From the IMG/VR virus record IMGVR_UViG_3300044911_002386, positions 1 through 64,000 of that record: 64,000 nucleotides of DNA; one strand, given 5' to 3'. Both the position numbers and the translations under genes were made by a program. Shown here one piece after another: positions 35,211 through 44,198 of this stretch. Under the pieces are notes generated by a model, which worked only from the letters and a program-made list of their open reading frames with translations, ran no database searches and had not been told where the DNA came from. How positions within the stretch are numbered: the first letter of the stretch is position 1; each line of letters starts with the position of its first letter. Source of the DNA: a virus.

Positions 35211-37841
35211 TTATCCAATTTCTCTTGCAGGAATCTCGTTGTTTGTCCAGTAGTTATCACACCACGGCGTACTGACTAAAATGCCCGGCATACCTTGGAC
35301 GGTTTCTTCTCCGCCAAACACGCCGTCATTAATTAGCAAGTTTATAACACCGAGCCAGTTTGGCGGAATATTTTTATCGTTTGTGAAATAGTTATCTATG
35401 GCCCGGCGATTTAACCACCAAAACTCTTTGCGGCGGAGCAGGTAATTTTTTGGCTGCATTTTTCGCCGGGGCCTAGGAATTACGTCTAATTTTTCGTGGT
35501 GCACGCCGCGAACTATTTCTTGGATTAAAGCCTCGTGGGCACGTTCCGACACGCCAAATTGCTGGAGCGTTTGGGGTAAATGAAACGTGGCGCCGTAAAC
35601 CTCGTCGAGCCATGTGTGCAAATCTGTTAAAACGCTGATGACCAAATTTGGTGACTTGGCGACCAGATTCATGCGGCTAAGCAGGGTATGGCGGATATAG
35701 GCCGGCAGTACATAACGCAAATCGCTAAAATCGTTTAGCGTGTCGGGCGCTACGCCGGTGCTTATTTTGTTCCAGCCGTAACCTAGTGCGGCAACCGCCC
35801 CGGACTCTGGCATGCGCACGATTACCGGTCTGTTATGAATATGTGTAATGCTAGGTGCTGTGTCGGCGTCGTTGAACTCACTGGCTAGAAACACCGGCCA
35901 GAGTAAATCGGCCGAGTTTTTACGCAAGAAGTCGGCGACGCTGGCGCGGTGCAGTGTGGATGTCACCCGCTGCTGGCAACCAAGTGCTGCCCCGATTCGA
36001 GCGGCGGTATTAAACGCGACTCCAGATATAGCCGTGGCGACGCAATCTTTTCTGACAATTGGTGCAATTAAATTAGCGGCTATGGTGCCAAAGACGCCCC
36101 AGACAAACGCGTTCTTATTTTCTGCTGTTAGAAAGCGCCGCACGCCAATCGGGCCGGCATCGAGCGGCTCTGGGAAACTAACCGCCTGTGATTGTTTAAT
36201 TATCGCCGGCGTGTTTATAGTTTCCCCGGCATTGGTGAACGCATAGTCACGGAAACGAAACATGCTCGCCTGCTCGTCCCAGCCTGTTTTTGTGGAAACA
36301 AGCGTGAGCACGGGGCTGTGCAGTTGTATAGAAATAAGGTGGCTGCGCTTATTCCAGGACCTGTCGTAGGTGATGAGTTTCCCGTGAGGGGCGGCGATGG
36401 CGGCTGCATAAGCAAGAAGCCCCATGTGCTCGATTCGTCGTGCGTTTTCTGTGAACGTTATCTCCCAATCCCGCATGCAGACACGCCCGGCGTAAATTTT
36501 TTCACCGTCGTCTGCCTGCATAATTTGCGTGATTACCACGCGGGCATTGCACACCTGCTGCCCGACATGGTTCCACCACGCATTGTCCTGCTCGACCAAA
36601 ACCCATTTTTTATGCGTTCTTGTCGGCGCTGTCGGGGCCAGATCTATTGTCTGCAGTACGCGTTTCACAAAGTCTTCAGAGAATTGATCGCCGTGGTTTT
36701 TAAAGAACAACTGTAGCCGGCTATGTTCGATAGCCAGTTTTGTCGCAAATGAGTACGACGTCATCTCGTTGTGCCCGGCGAGCGTTTTATTCAATACGCT
36801 TTGCCAAGTATCCGCGGCACTACATATTTTTGCGAGACACTGCAGCGTATACCGGCAACTAGGCCGGGCCGCGACGTCAGGAGCCACGACGCTTACGTAG
36901 CCTTTTCCATTGGCCGCCTGACTCAGTAATTCTGGTGTAGCGGCATTGCCCTGAAAAAATCTGGGCGTGGGTGGCAGGGCGCTCCAATTAGTGCCGTAAC
37001 TAATCGCCTCCGGCCCGGCGTACCCGGCGACGATGGGCAGTGCGGGTAGGCCGTACTTAAATTGCCGGCACTGCTCTTTTAATGCCCACAGCTGGTCCTC
37101 TACGACAAACTGTTTGTTTTTTAGCACGGTCGGTGGCGGCAATAAAAGATTCGGCAAGAAGCAATAACCGGCATCAACGCGTTGGCGGTCATACCCGCTG
37201 ACCGGGATAAATGTTTTACGCATTTCTGCGTCAGCGGAGTAATGGAGCAATAAGAAACCAGACAGGCGGCCCGGAAGCGTGTAATACGGCAGCACAAGAC
37301 TAGAGCCGTCTTTACGGGCTAGACGTGGCTTTGCTCGCCCGAGTTCGCGACACAACTTTAATACTTGATCAGGATGTGCGGCTCCGACAAGGTTTGTTAC
37401 GTCATACTCTGGTTTTAAACCGATGTCGTAGATCCGGCAGGCTAGCAAATCGTCGCTGTGATTCCAGAGTTGACTTGCCGCTGCCGTCCAGAATGTTTCA
37501 GCCGCTTTTTGACGACTAAACGCCCGGTCGTAATCAGCCGCTGCTTTGTCGGCTTCGGACGGCGTTATTACCCCTAGTTCCGCCATTTTTGACAGGGCAT
37601 GCGGTAAACTTGTATTCCAGATTTGAGCCCCAAAGGTTATGATATCTCCATGGGCTAAACACGAATTACAGTGCAGCCAGATACCGTCAGTGACAATATC
37701 GTCAAACAAATGTAGGGTATTTTCCTGACATAATGGACATAGAACCACAGCCGGAAACGCAGGAGTTTCCGGGGCTACCCCAAGAGCCGACAGGGCGCGA
37801 ATGTGGTTATGTCGGCGAATTAAACAGGTAGGTAAACCCAT
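35211..37841 (-). CDS. Large protein with N-terminal primase-type Zn-binding domain
   Basis: CPLC...WLHCNSCLAHGDII; LVLPYY..PGR.SGF; later KTGWDE reminiscent of DUF927. Confidence 0.6.
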   Translation of the reverse strand: MGLPTCLIRRHNHIRALSALGVAPETPAFPAVVLCPLCQENTLHLFDDIVTDGIWLHCNSCLAHGDIITFGAQIWNTSLPHALSKMAELGVITPSEADKAAADYDRAFSRQKAAETFWTAAASQLWNHSDDLLACRIYDIGLKPEYDVTNLVGAAHPDQVLKLCRELGRAKPRLARKDGSSLVLPYYTLPGRLSGFLLLHYSADAEMRKTFIPVSGYDRQRVDAGYCFLPNLLLPPPTVLKNKQFVVEDQLWALKEQCRQFKYGLPALPIVAGYAGPEAISYGTNWSALPPTPRFFQGNAATPELLSQAANGKGYVSVVAPDVAARPSCRYTLQCLAKICSAADTWQSVLNKTLAGHNEMTSYSFATKLAIEHSRLQLFFKNHGDQFSEDFVKRVLQTIDLAPTAPTRTHKKWVLVEQDNAWWNHVGQQVCNARVVITQIMQADDGEKIYAGRVCMRDWEITFTENARRIEHMGLLAYAAAIAAPHGKLITYDRSWNKRSHLISIQLHSPVLTLVSTKTGWDEQASMFRFRDYAFTNAGETINTPAIIKQSQAVSFPEPLDAGPIGVRRFLTAENKNAFVWGVFGTIAANLIAPIVRKDCVATAISGVAFNTAARIGAALGCQQRVTSTLHRASVADFLRKNSADLLWPVFLASEFNDADTAPSITHIHNRPVIVRMPESGAVAALGYGWNKISTGVAPDTLNDFSDLRYVLPAYIRHTLLSRMNLVAKSPNLVISVLTDLHTWLDEVYGATFHLPQTLQQFGVSERAHEALIQEIVRGVHHEKLDVIPRPRRKMQPKNYLLRRKEFWWLNRRAIDNYFTNDKNIPPNWLGVINLLINDGVFGGEETVQGMPGILVSTPWCDNYWTNNEIPAREIG

Positions 37842-39009
37842 GACGAATATTCCGCTGGATCACGCACACGACGTCAGTGGTCGCGAAACGCACCGTTTAA
37901 CGTCGCTGTATGCCGCGCCCGACTTTGTTAAAAATGCATCCGAGGATCGACTGGTCGGTACAGACCTTCCGCGTCATTTATACGCTGACCAGCACAATAA
38001 ACTTTACCCGTGTCACACCGGTCCCGCAACATGGATGTCTGCGTTATTCTTCGCGGACAAGCAGGCTGAGTTTAACGAAAAGGTTGCGGGTGAGATCCGG
38101 CAACGTATTAATACCGCCGCAGAATACTTCGGTATTGCCGGGTTGGTACGCGGGCTGGAAGAGAAGGTAGCCGCCTCGAACGCCTCCGATCTGACAACGC
38201 TGCCCGATTCTGATTTCGCTATTGTGTGGGCTAGCGAGGGCGGGGCTGTTCGCCAGTGGCCGCTGCGTAACGCCACTGAAGTTAAATTTGCCGCGGCGCA
38301 TTTTAAAAAGTACCGTGACGAGTTTACGTTTAACGACCGGCACGTTATTGCCACAAAAATCTTAAACAAAGCGGCGCAGTATGACGCCGACGTTAGCGAG
38401 GCCGACGATACGCTGGCACTCGCGGCTGGCCTGGGGGTTTGTGCTTCCAAGGTTGCCAGTGACATGCTCAAAGATCGCGTAAGGCTTACTCAGCGCAAGT
38501 ATCATGACTTGGCGGGTGAGTTGTCCAAGTTAGCCGACGCTATCGACCAAAACCCTGAACGGGCCCGGTCGGTCGAGGTGCGTCTTAAGTTGGCGAGCGC
38601 GGTCGACACTTTTGATAGGAATACGCATCTTAATCGCCTGTACGATTCGGGCGGGCTGTCCAGGCCTGAAGAGGTGCTCTTTGCTATCACGGAAAAGGTC
38701 GCTCGGGCGTTTATGGCCGACAACGTCGAAACCACAACTGGTAATGTTTACTCGTTATCCGATCTTGAGAAACTGGCGGTTGAGGACGTCCGGGAATGGC
38801 TGGGTGATGACTTCGTAGACGCTGTCAGTGCTGGTGGCGTGTACATGGACCGCGACAAGCTCGCGGCGATTATCCCCACACTTGATCGCGGCATGGCCAT
38901 GACTTTAGACCGGCTGCTGCAAGAAAGCGGTGCGACGGCCGTCGTGAAACAAGCCTCTGAAGATTCACTGCTTCCGTTGGCCAAACTGTACGAACTGGCT
39001 AACAGTTAA
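37840..39009 (+). CDS. Hypothetical protein, possibly virion or head associated
   Basis: Long plus-strand ORF with internally repeated YPCHT...SALFF / WPLRN...AAAHF motif. Confidence 0.75.
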   Translation: MTNIPLDHAHDVSGRETHRLTSLYAAPDFVKNASEDRLVGTDLPRHLYADQHNKLYPCHTGPATWMSALFFADKQAEFNEKVAGEIRQRINTAAEYFGIAGLVRGLEEKVAASNASDLTTLPDSDFAIVWASEGGAVRQWPLRNATEVKFAAAHFKKYRDEFTFNDRHVIATKILNKAAQYDADVSEADDTLALAAGLGVCASKVASDMLKDRVRLTQRKYHDLAGELSKLADAIDQNPERARSVEVRLKLASAVDTFDRNTHLNRLYDSGGLSRPEEVLFAITEKVARAFMADNVETTTGNVYSLSDLEKLAVEDVREWLGDDFVDAVSAGGVYMDRDKLAAIIPTLDRGMAMTLDRLLQESGATAVVKQASEDSLLPLAKLYELANS

Positions 39010-39051
39010 CCTTGGTCCCGATAGGGACTAACCTTGACCCGCCGGGTGTGG

Positions 39052-39576
39052 CTACGAGCGTGCCCCGGCGGGTTTCTTTTTTACAGTCTTCGGCCGGCGA
39101 AGTGTCGCCGTATCGCGAAGCAGTTTCTTGAGCCGCTTTAAAACAGTTGCGGCCGGAACGTCATGCCATGCAACCTTATCCCACGCAATACGCTCGTCAA
39201 CGTTGCGCCTGCCGGCTTCGGCGTGCAGCTTGCGAGCGTACTTTGGATTTATCCAGCGATATGCCTGCTGCCGCCGAGACTCACGATTATCTACGGCCGT
39301 TATTTCGCAGACTTGCTGGTCGGTAAGGCTAATGACCGCCTGCGCAGAGCCAAGGCTTAAAGCTATATCAACGTCAAAGAATGACGCCTTTGGGCCGTAG
39401 CACGACCAGCAATACCGACTAACTTCGTTTAGATTAAATTCCGCAGCAGCGAAAAAGTCGGCCGGTGTTGGGGCTGGCGGCACAGCCGGGGCTTTTGCTG
39501 CTTTCTTTTTTACAACTGTCTTTGCGGTTTTCTTTGCGGTCTTCTTTTTGGTGGGTGATCGTCTTGACTTCGTCAT
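39052..39576 (-). CDS. Hypothetical protein with Lys-rich termini
   Basis: YCWSCYGP...AYRWINP...AWD motifs. Confidence 0.7.
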   Translation of the reverse strand: MTKSRRSPTKKKTAKKTAKTVVKKKAAKAPAVPPAPTPADFFAAAEFNLNEVSRYCWSCYGPKASFFDVDIALSLGSAQAVISLTDQQVCEITAVDNRESRRQQAYRWINPKYARKLHAEAGRRNVDERIAWDKVAWHDVPAATVLKRLKKLLRDTATLRRPKTVKKKPAGARS

Positions 39577-39781
39577 GTGTTTCAATCCATACACGAGCGC
39601 CGCAGTCGAGCGGCTCTTTGGGCTGGTATACGACCCTACACGGGCCAGAGATTATGACTTCGTGGCATTTAGTGTTGCTGTTATACGTCTTGACAGTCAG
39701 CGGCGGTTCCAGTTGTCCCGCTGTCGCATTCTTCTTGATGATGTGTTGGTTGACGTGAATTATCGTTCGCTTCTTTCTCAT
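39434..39781 (-). CDS. Conserved phage hypothetical protein
   Basis: IHVNQHII..N...PPLTVK...VYQP..PLDCGARVWIET. Confidence 0.8.
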   Translation of the reverse strand: MRKKRTIIHVNQHIIKKNATAGQLEPPLTVKTYNSNTKCHEVIISGPCRVVYQPKEPLDCGARVWIETHDEVKTITHQKEDRKENRKDSCKKESSKSPGCAASPNTGRLFRCCGI

Positions 39782-39974
39782 TGCTCTCATCGACTATGTC
39801 GGTCAGTCGTCGAATGTCGTCTTTTGATATATTCTGGGACGAGATGCCCGCATTGGCTTCTGCTTCATCTAACTGGCTTTCAAGGTAGGCGCACCAGTTT
39901 TCGTAAGAGTCGCGATCGTCGTTGTTCTGTTCAGGCCAATACGGATCTTCAAACAGTCGATCGTTCCAACCCAT
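39681..39974 (-). CDS. Small acidic hypothetical protein
   Basis: AAAGGT RBS; 97-aa ORF. Confidence 0.55.
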   Translation of the reverse strand: MGWNDRLFEDPYWPEQNNDDRDSYENWCAYLESQLDEAEANAGISSQNISKDDIRRLTDIVDESNEKEANDNSRQPTHHQEECDSGTTGTAADCQDV

Positions 39975-39983
39975 AAAGCACCT

Positions 39984-40664
39984 TTAGGCTGAGCGGCCGA
40001 GACTATTTTGCAGTAGTTCTGCAACTTGCTTTGTCTTGCCGTTTTTAAGTTGCAGTGCTGCTAATTGCGCGGCCAGCAGTTTTGTACGCAATACAATCGT
40101 GTGGTTGATGTCTTCTGTCTTGCCCGTCTCCAAATCGTAGACGGCATTGAACATTGTAGGGTCGTCCGAGAAGTCGCCAATTGTCGGCGAGACTCGGGCG
40201 GCTCTGAGGGCAATCCGCAAGACATCAGGCGGATTGATGATGCCCTCGCTATCCAGCACGGCACCGATGTAGGCCCGTATCTCGTCCGTGAACGGCTCTG
40301 GGTCGTCGTCGTCAGGCGGGCTGATGAGGACACTTTCCGTAATCCCCCACGCCACCTCTTCGGCATCCGCCGGATTGAACACGTCCGGGCGGTACTCGTC
40401 GCCGCTCAGGACGTTGCAGAACATGATGAAGTCGGGCAGGTTTTTGTAGAACCTGTCGGTAGTCAGGATCTGAATTGCGGCAATTAACTTGTCGAAAGTT
40501 TCTTGCGGCAAGTCGACGTTAAACTCCTCTTCGACCTCAAGCGCGATGGTCGCGGGGTCCCAGGTGAGTGCCTCGGTCCCGAAGGCGTCAAGAAACAGCG
40601 TTAGCAGAACGGCTGCAAACGTCTCCTGACTTGTCCACGCTTCCTGCATTATATTTTTGACCAT
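39984..40664 (-). CDS. Hypothetical protein
   Basis: 226-aa acidic ORF. Confidence 0.8.
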   Translation of the reverse strand: MVKNIMQEAWTSQETFAAVLLTLFLDAFGTEALTWDPATIALEVEEEFNVDLPQETFDKLIAAIQILTTDRFYKNLPDFIMFCNVLSGDEYRPDVFNPADAEEVAWGITESVLISPPDDDDPEPFTDEIRAYIGAVLDSEGIINPPDVLRIALRAARVSPTIGDFSDDPTMFNAVYDLETGKTEDINHTIVLRTKLLAAQLAALQLKNGKTKQVAELLQNSLGRSA

Positions 40665-41001
40665 GGAATCCGTTCCTGTTTTCGAGCATTAGAACACCCT
40701 GCCTATACAGCTCGCTTAAATTGTACCCGATTGAGATGACGGGCACGGCGGGCATACAGGTAACGTTTTCGCCGCTCTGCAGGTCAAGAAAGCCCGTATA
40801 GCCGGTCCACGTGCTGTACCGGTTGTCGGCAAACAGCAGGTGTATTAAATCCGTAGCCGGGTCAGCATTAAACACCGTACGCAATTCTGTTAAAAGCAGC
40901 GTGCGCTGTTCCGGCTGCAGAGCGGATATCCGTTCTAAGGCGTCAGCCACGAGCAGGCAAAACAAGTCTTCTTGGGCTATTTCGCTGGTATCGGCAGGCA
41001 T
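40588..41001 (-). CDS. Hypothetical protein
   Basis: Track ORF trimmed to ATG 41001 because the upstream part overlaps a better plus-strand gene. Confidence 0.6.
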   Translation of the reverse strand: MPADTSEIAQEDLFCLLVADALERISALQPEQRTLLLTELRTVFNADPATDLIHLLFADNRYSTWTGYTGFLDLQSGENVTCMPAVPVISIGYNLSELYRQGVLMLENRNGFHGQKYNAGSVDKSGDVCSRSANAVS

Positions 41002-41044
41002 TGACTTTTGTAGTATTGTCGTGAAAATAGTCCTCACCTGTAAC

Positions 41045-41073
41045 TTGCTGAAATTCAAACCAGCTGTTACCAT
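41045..41073 (+). promoter_or_regulatory. Sigma70-like promoter
   Basis: TTGCTG-17 nt-TACCAT upstream of GGAGG and ATG 41114. Confidence 0.45.
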
Positions 41074-41113
41074 ACCCAGAGTTAACTTGTTTCTTTCTTT
41101 GGAGGTTTCTTCC

Positions 41114-41389
41114 ATGGTCTCAATTCTCGAGGATATTTCGGTCGTCACGAACGGGCGAGCAGAATTTGTTGTGTCGGGCGCCAGCATCAAGGAACTGATG
41201 GCCGGCGACACGTCACACATCGTACTGCAGAAAGCGGCTGAGCTTGGATTAAATCGTCCCGGCGTTTCTAGCGCAAGTGGCCCGTACCCGGTAGACGCCG
41301 CCGGCAAGACCGACGATGACCTGTTAATGGGCAAGCGTGGTCCGATCAGTGGTTATCGCCGGGACTTTGTGGTGCTCGCGTCGATCTGA
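41114..41389 (+). CDS. Hypothetical protein
   Basis: GGAGG RBS and promoter-like element; MVSILEDISVV...; 91 aa. Confidence 0.7.
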   Translation: MVSILEDISVVTNGRAEFVVSGASIKELMAGDTSHIVLQKAAELGLNRPGVSSASGPYPVDAAGKTDDDLLMGKRGPISGYRRDFVVLASI

Positions 41390-41394
41390 CCGCC

Positions 41395-41736
41395 TCACTT
41401 TTGTGCCCGCTGTTTTTCAAGTTGCGCCCGAATGTGGGGATGCTTGAGGGCGTGCGGCAGAAGTGCGGGCGGCTGCATTTCTTTTTTGCCCGTCTCGATG
41501 TTCTCTGTGTAGATATGCATCTTGTAGCCAAGAGCGTGAAACATCTTGGCGATGTCGAAGAGCGTGGGACTACCGCCCATGATATCTTCGATGTGCTTGG
41601 TTGTAAGGCGCATCTTTCTAGCCACGATGCTGTTTGACATCTTTGTGTTTAACTGCAACGTGGCAAGCCAATCAGTCGCAGTGATTTCGACGCCTACGGC
41701 ATACGTATCGCCGTCTGTAGTCGGATTACGCTTCAT
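41395..41736 (-). CDS. HTH (XRE-like) protein
   Basis: MSNSIVARKM..TTKHIEDIMGGSPTLFDIAKMFHALGYKM; GAGGAGG upstream of ATG 41736. Confidence 0.65.
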   Translation of the reverse strand: MKRNPTTDGDTYAVGVEITATDWLATLQLNTKMSNSIVARKMRLTTKHIEDIMGGSPTLFDIAKMFHALGYKMHIYTENIETGKKEMQPPALLPHALKHPHIRAQLEKQRAQK

Positions 41737-41920
41737 CGTCTTCCTCCTCAAGCGGATCGCTATCAACCACTGTGTAGCGTGCCTCTCCGCCGCATTCCTC
41801 ACAGAAGGTGTTGTCGTACGGGCCGCCGGCAACAGCACCGCCGAGATCAACCCATGCATCGAACCACACCTCGCCGCCGCATTCGTCGCACCTGGCCCAC
41901 TGTCGTTTGCTGTCACTCAT
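41726..41920 (-). CDS. Small Zn-ribbon protein
   Basis: CDECGG...DAWV...FCEECGG. Confidence 0.75.
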   Translation of the reverse strand: MSDSKRQWARCDECGGEVWFDAWVDLGGAVAGGPYDNTFCEECGGEARYTVVDSDPLEEEDDEA

Positions 41921-42395
41921 TTTCTTCTGCGCCAAACTTTTCAATGTGAGCTAGCCGGGCAGCATAAAATTCCGCTACCATTCCGCTTACGGCACGGAAC
42001 CGCTCTAAAATATCAGTCATAACCCGCTGCTCGAATACGGCCATAACGGTCTTGTTGAACTTTTTAATAGCTTCGGTCGAGTAACCAGCACTCTTTACTT
42101 TTTCCGCGCCTGCTCGAATTGCCGGCTCTGCGTCGAGCAGCATCTGCACGTAACCAGTGCATATGAAGTCTATATTGTGCCCGTAGATATTTCGCGTCTC
42201 TAAACTTGTCGGGACGGTAAACACATACGGCCCTGGCCACGGGTCGGTATCTTTTGGATCTGCGTTCGGGTCTTTGTGCCGCAGTTTACCCAGTGACCAG
42301 CCGAACGCCTCTGCATCATCGTTGGGTGGCGGCATAACGTATGCGGCTGCCGGCTTTTTTTCTGCGTCTTTCTTTTTGAGCGTATGCTTTTTCAT
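41913..42395 (-). CDS. Hypothetical protein
   Basis: 160-aa ORF. Confidence 0.75.
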   Translation of the reverse strand: MKKHTLKKKDAEKKPAAAYVMPPPNDDAEAFGWSLGKLRHKDPNADPKDTDPWPGPYVFTVPTSLETRNIYGHNIDFICTGYVQMLLDAEPAIRAGAEKVKSAGYSTEAIKKFNKTVMAVFEQRVMTDILERFRAVSGMVAEFYAARLAHIEKFGAEENE

Positions 42396-42438
42396 TTGCT
42401 GATATCTAAGGAAAAGGCCCGATAGTTAAACACACATA

Positions 42439-42516
42439 CCCTACCTAGTGGCGGACGACCAGAGCACTGCACCTTTTTGGGGTGGAGTGTCCGGGCGTCA
42501 TCGCCACTAGACAGGG
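42439..42516. ncRNA. Long imperfect intergenic hairpin, candidate structured RNA
   Basis: Stacked stems CCCT/AGGG, CTAGTGGCG/CGCCACTAG, GACG/CGTC, CACT/AGTG, CACC/GGTG. Confidence 0.5.
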
Positions 42517-42522
42517 ATTGTT

Positions 42523-42930
42523 CTACGTCAAAGACGCAACTGACGCCACGTAGGCGTCGTAGGCTGCTCGCGCGTGGCCGCCGTACAACGGAATCGTGGG
42601 GCTGTCGTCGTCATCGGACATCGCCATCTCGCCTCGGATAGAGGCTGCCACGTACTCGTGAAAGTACACGGCGAAGAGACCGCGTTTGTTGTTCTCGACC
42701 GATTCGAGAACTTGCTCTTTCCAGAAGTGCACGCGGCACTTCTTATCGGCGAGAGAGTTCGTCGACCAGCGATCGAACGCTTCGTCGTGATTGAGCATAA
42801 TGACGCTTTCGATGGTATGGATGGCATCTTCCGCCACCACCTGAAAGGTCGGATGTCGGCCGATTCGTCCTTGAATCGCCGCCCAGGTCTGTTCAACTTC
42901 CCTGTTATCCAAAACGAGATGAGACATCAC
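42523..42930 (-). CDS. Hypothetical protein
   Basis: 135-aa ORF, GGGAG RBS. Confidence 0.7.
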   Translation of the reverse strand: MMSHLVLDNREVEQTWAAIQGRIGRHPTFQVVAEDAIHTIESVIMLNHDEAFDRWSTNSLADKKCRVHFWKEQVLESVENNKRGLFAVYFHEYVAASIRGEMAMSDDDDSPTIPLYGGHARAAYDAYVASVASLT

Positions 42931-43026
42931 ACTCTCCCAGTGAGATGAGAACCGAACAATGCCCGTTGATACCGAACAACGGGAACAATTAATATGCCGC
43001 GATTCTGGGAGAAATTTAGCGGCGTA

Positions 43027-43329
43027 CTAGAAGGTCAACTGCACGGTTTGCCCGGCACCGTTGACGTAAAGAATGCGCACTTGCTGTGCGTCTAACTTTT
43101 GCCGGATAAGTGCTTTCTTATCCGGGCTTAAACCTGAAAGGCACGTTTTTATCGTTGCCATTTCTCGGCGGTATTTTTCTTGTCTTTTACGAGCACACGA
43201 ACTGCACCCGCCGGCTCCGGGCCTGAACACTTCTCTCTTGTTGTATAAGCACGGAATCTGCGTAGAAAACTCTACGTCATTAACTAATGACATAATCAGA
43301 CTGTCGTCGAGTACAACGAGCGGGCGCAT
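43027..43329 (-). CDS. Small CxxC protein
   Basis: GGCSSC; end of the tail operon. Confidence 0.75.
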   Translation of the reverse strand: MRPLVVLDDSLIMSLVNDVEFSTQIPCLYNKREVFRPGAGGCSSCARKRQEKYRREMATIKTCLSGLSPDKKALIRQKLDAQQVRILYVNGAGQTVQLTF

Positions 43330-43339
43330 GTGTTGAATC

Positions 43340-43759
43340 CTACGGTGGCGGGTTTCCGATCCACGTCATTCCGCCCGGTAACAAATTATCCGAGACGTCC
43401 AGTGTATCCTTCAACGCGTTTACGTCGGCCGTGACGTCGCGAATAAAGGCGTCTACTTCTTCCCTAGACCGCAACAACACATCTACGTACGGCAGCCGAA
43501 ACCAGGCTGGCCGCACGTTGGGGATCGGGTCATCCTCGGGGTACTCTTCCAGATCCACAGCCGAGCACACATGATCGAACGCCCCGACGCGAAAATCGTC
43601 GCCCGGCCGAACTGGCATCAGCATGTAAGCGAATATCTTTGTTGGCATAAGGTTCGCATTGCTGGCAGTAATGCGTACGCGAATACCGTTGCCGTCCGTA
43701 GAACTGGCGTAATATCGGCTCACCTGCCACGTTAATTTAATTCTGCGTGCTGTAGGCAT
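43340..43759 (-). CDS. Hypothetical protein, tail operon
   Basis: FDHVCSAVDLEEYP...FRL..VD.L.RS. Confidence 0.75.
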   Translation of the reverse strand: MPTARRIKLTWQVSRYYASSTDGNGIRVRITASNANLMPTKIFAYMLMPVRPGDDFRVGAFDHVCSAVDLEEYPEDDPIPNVRPAWFRLPYVDVLLRSREEVDAFIRDVTADVNALKDTLDVSDNLLPGGMTWIGNPPP

Positions 43760-43761
43760 CG

Positions 43762-44145
43762 TTAGGCTATGAACTCGTATTTTTGCGGATTAGTTTCGCC
43801 GGCTTTGGCAAAATAGATGCTGACGCATGTTTGTTGACCGGGCAGCACCGGCCGACCGTTAACATATTCTACAAATGTTTGCACCACGCCGACGTCTGTG
43901 GTTTTTGCCTGCTCTAAAAGCATTATAAACTGTTCAATGCACGGCAGCATGTGTTGAATGTTTCCGCCACAGCCACAACTACTTTTTTGTTTTGACTGCG
44001 CGTATTGCTCGCGACAAGTTGCCACATCTGGCAACAATGGCTGGAAGCCTGGATTTTTTTCGTAGAACGAGTCATCCAGTAAATACCGTAAAATGTTGTC
44101 GCGGGAGATAGAAATGCTTGTGGTTATGTGTGACATTTTTGGCAC
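43762..44145 (-). CDS. Small Cys-motif protein
   Basis: SSCGCGG; weak resemblance to 43027..43329. Confidence 0.7.
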   Translation of the reverse strand: MPKMSHITTSISISRDNILRYLLDDSFYEKNPGFQPLLPDVATCREQYAQSKQKSSCGCGGNIQHMLPCIEQFIMLLEQAKTTDVGVVQTFVEYVNGRPVLPGQQTCVSIYFAKAGETNPQKYEFIA

Positions 44146-44198
44146 CTAGTGGGGATCAAATTTTGTCGGCAATTTGCCTGCCTGTCAACGCAGCCGCA

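Noticed and set aside
39690-39710. Possible self-target of unit U9 (CT AC GT AA matches LTVK codons)
   Set aside because: The match ends after four dinucleotides, which is expected by chance
39434-39790. Long gene overlaps here and at 8951-9066 as a sign of genetic-code change
   Set aside because: TAA, TAG and TGA all end well-supported genes and long genes are uninterrupted; the overlaps are explained by run-on tails
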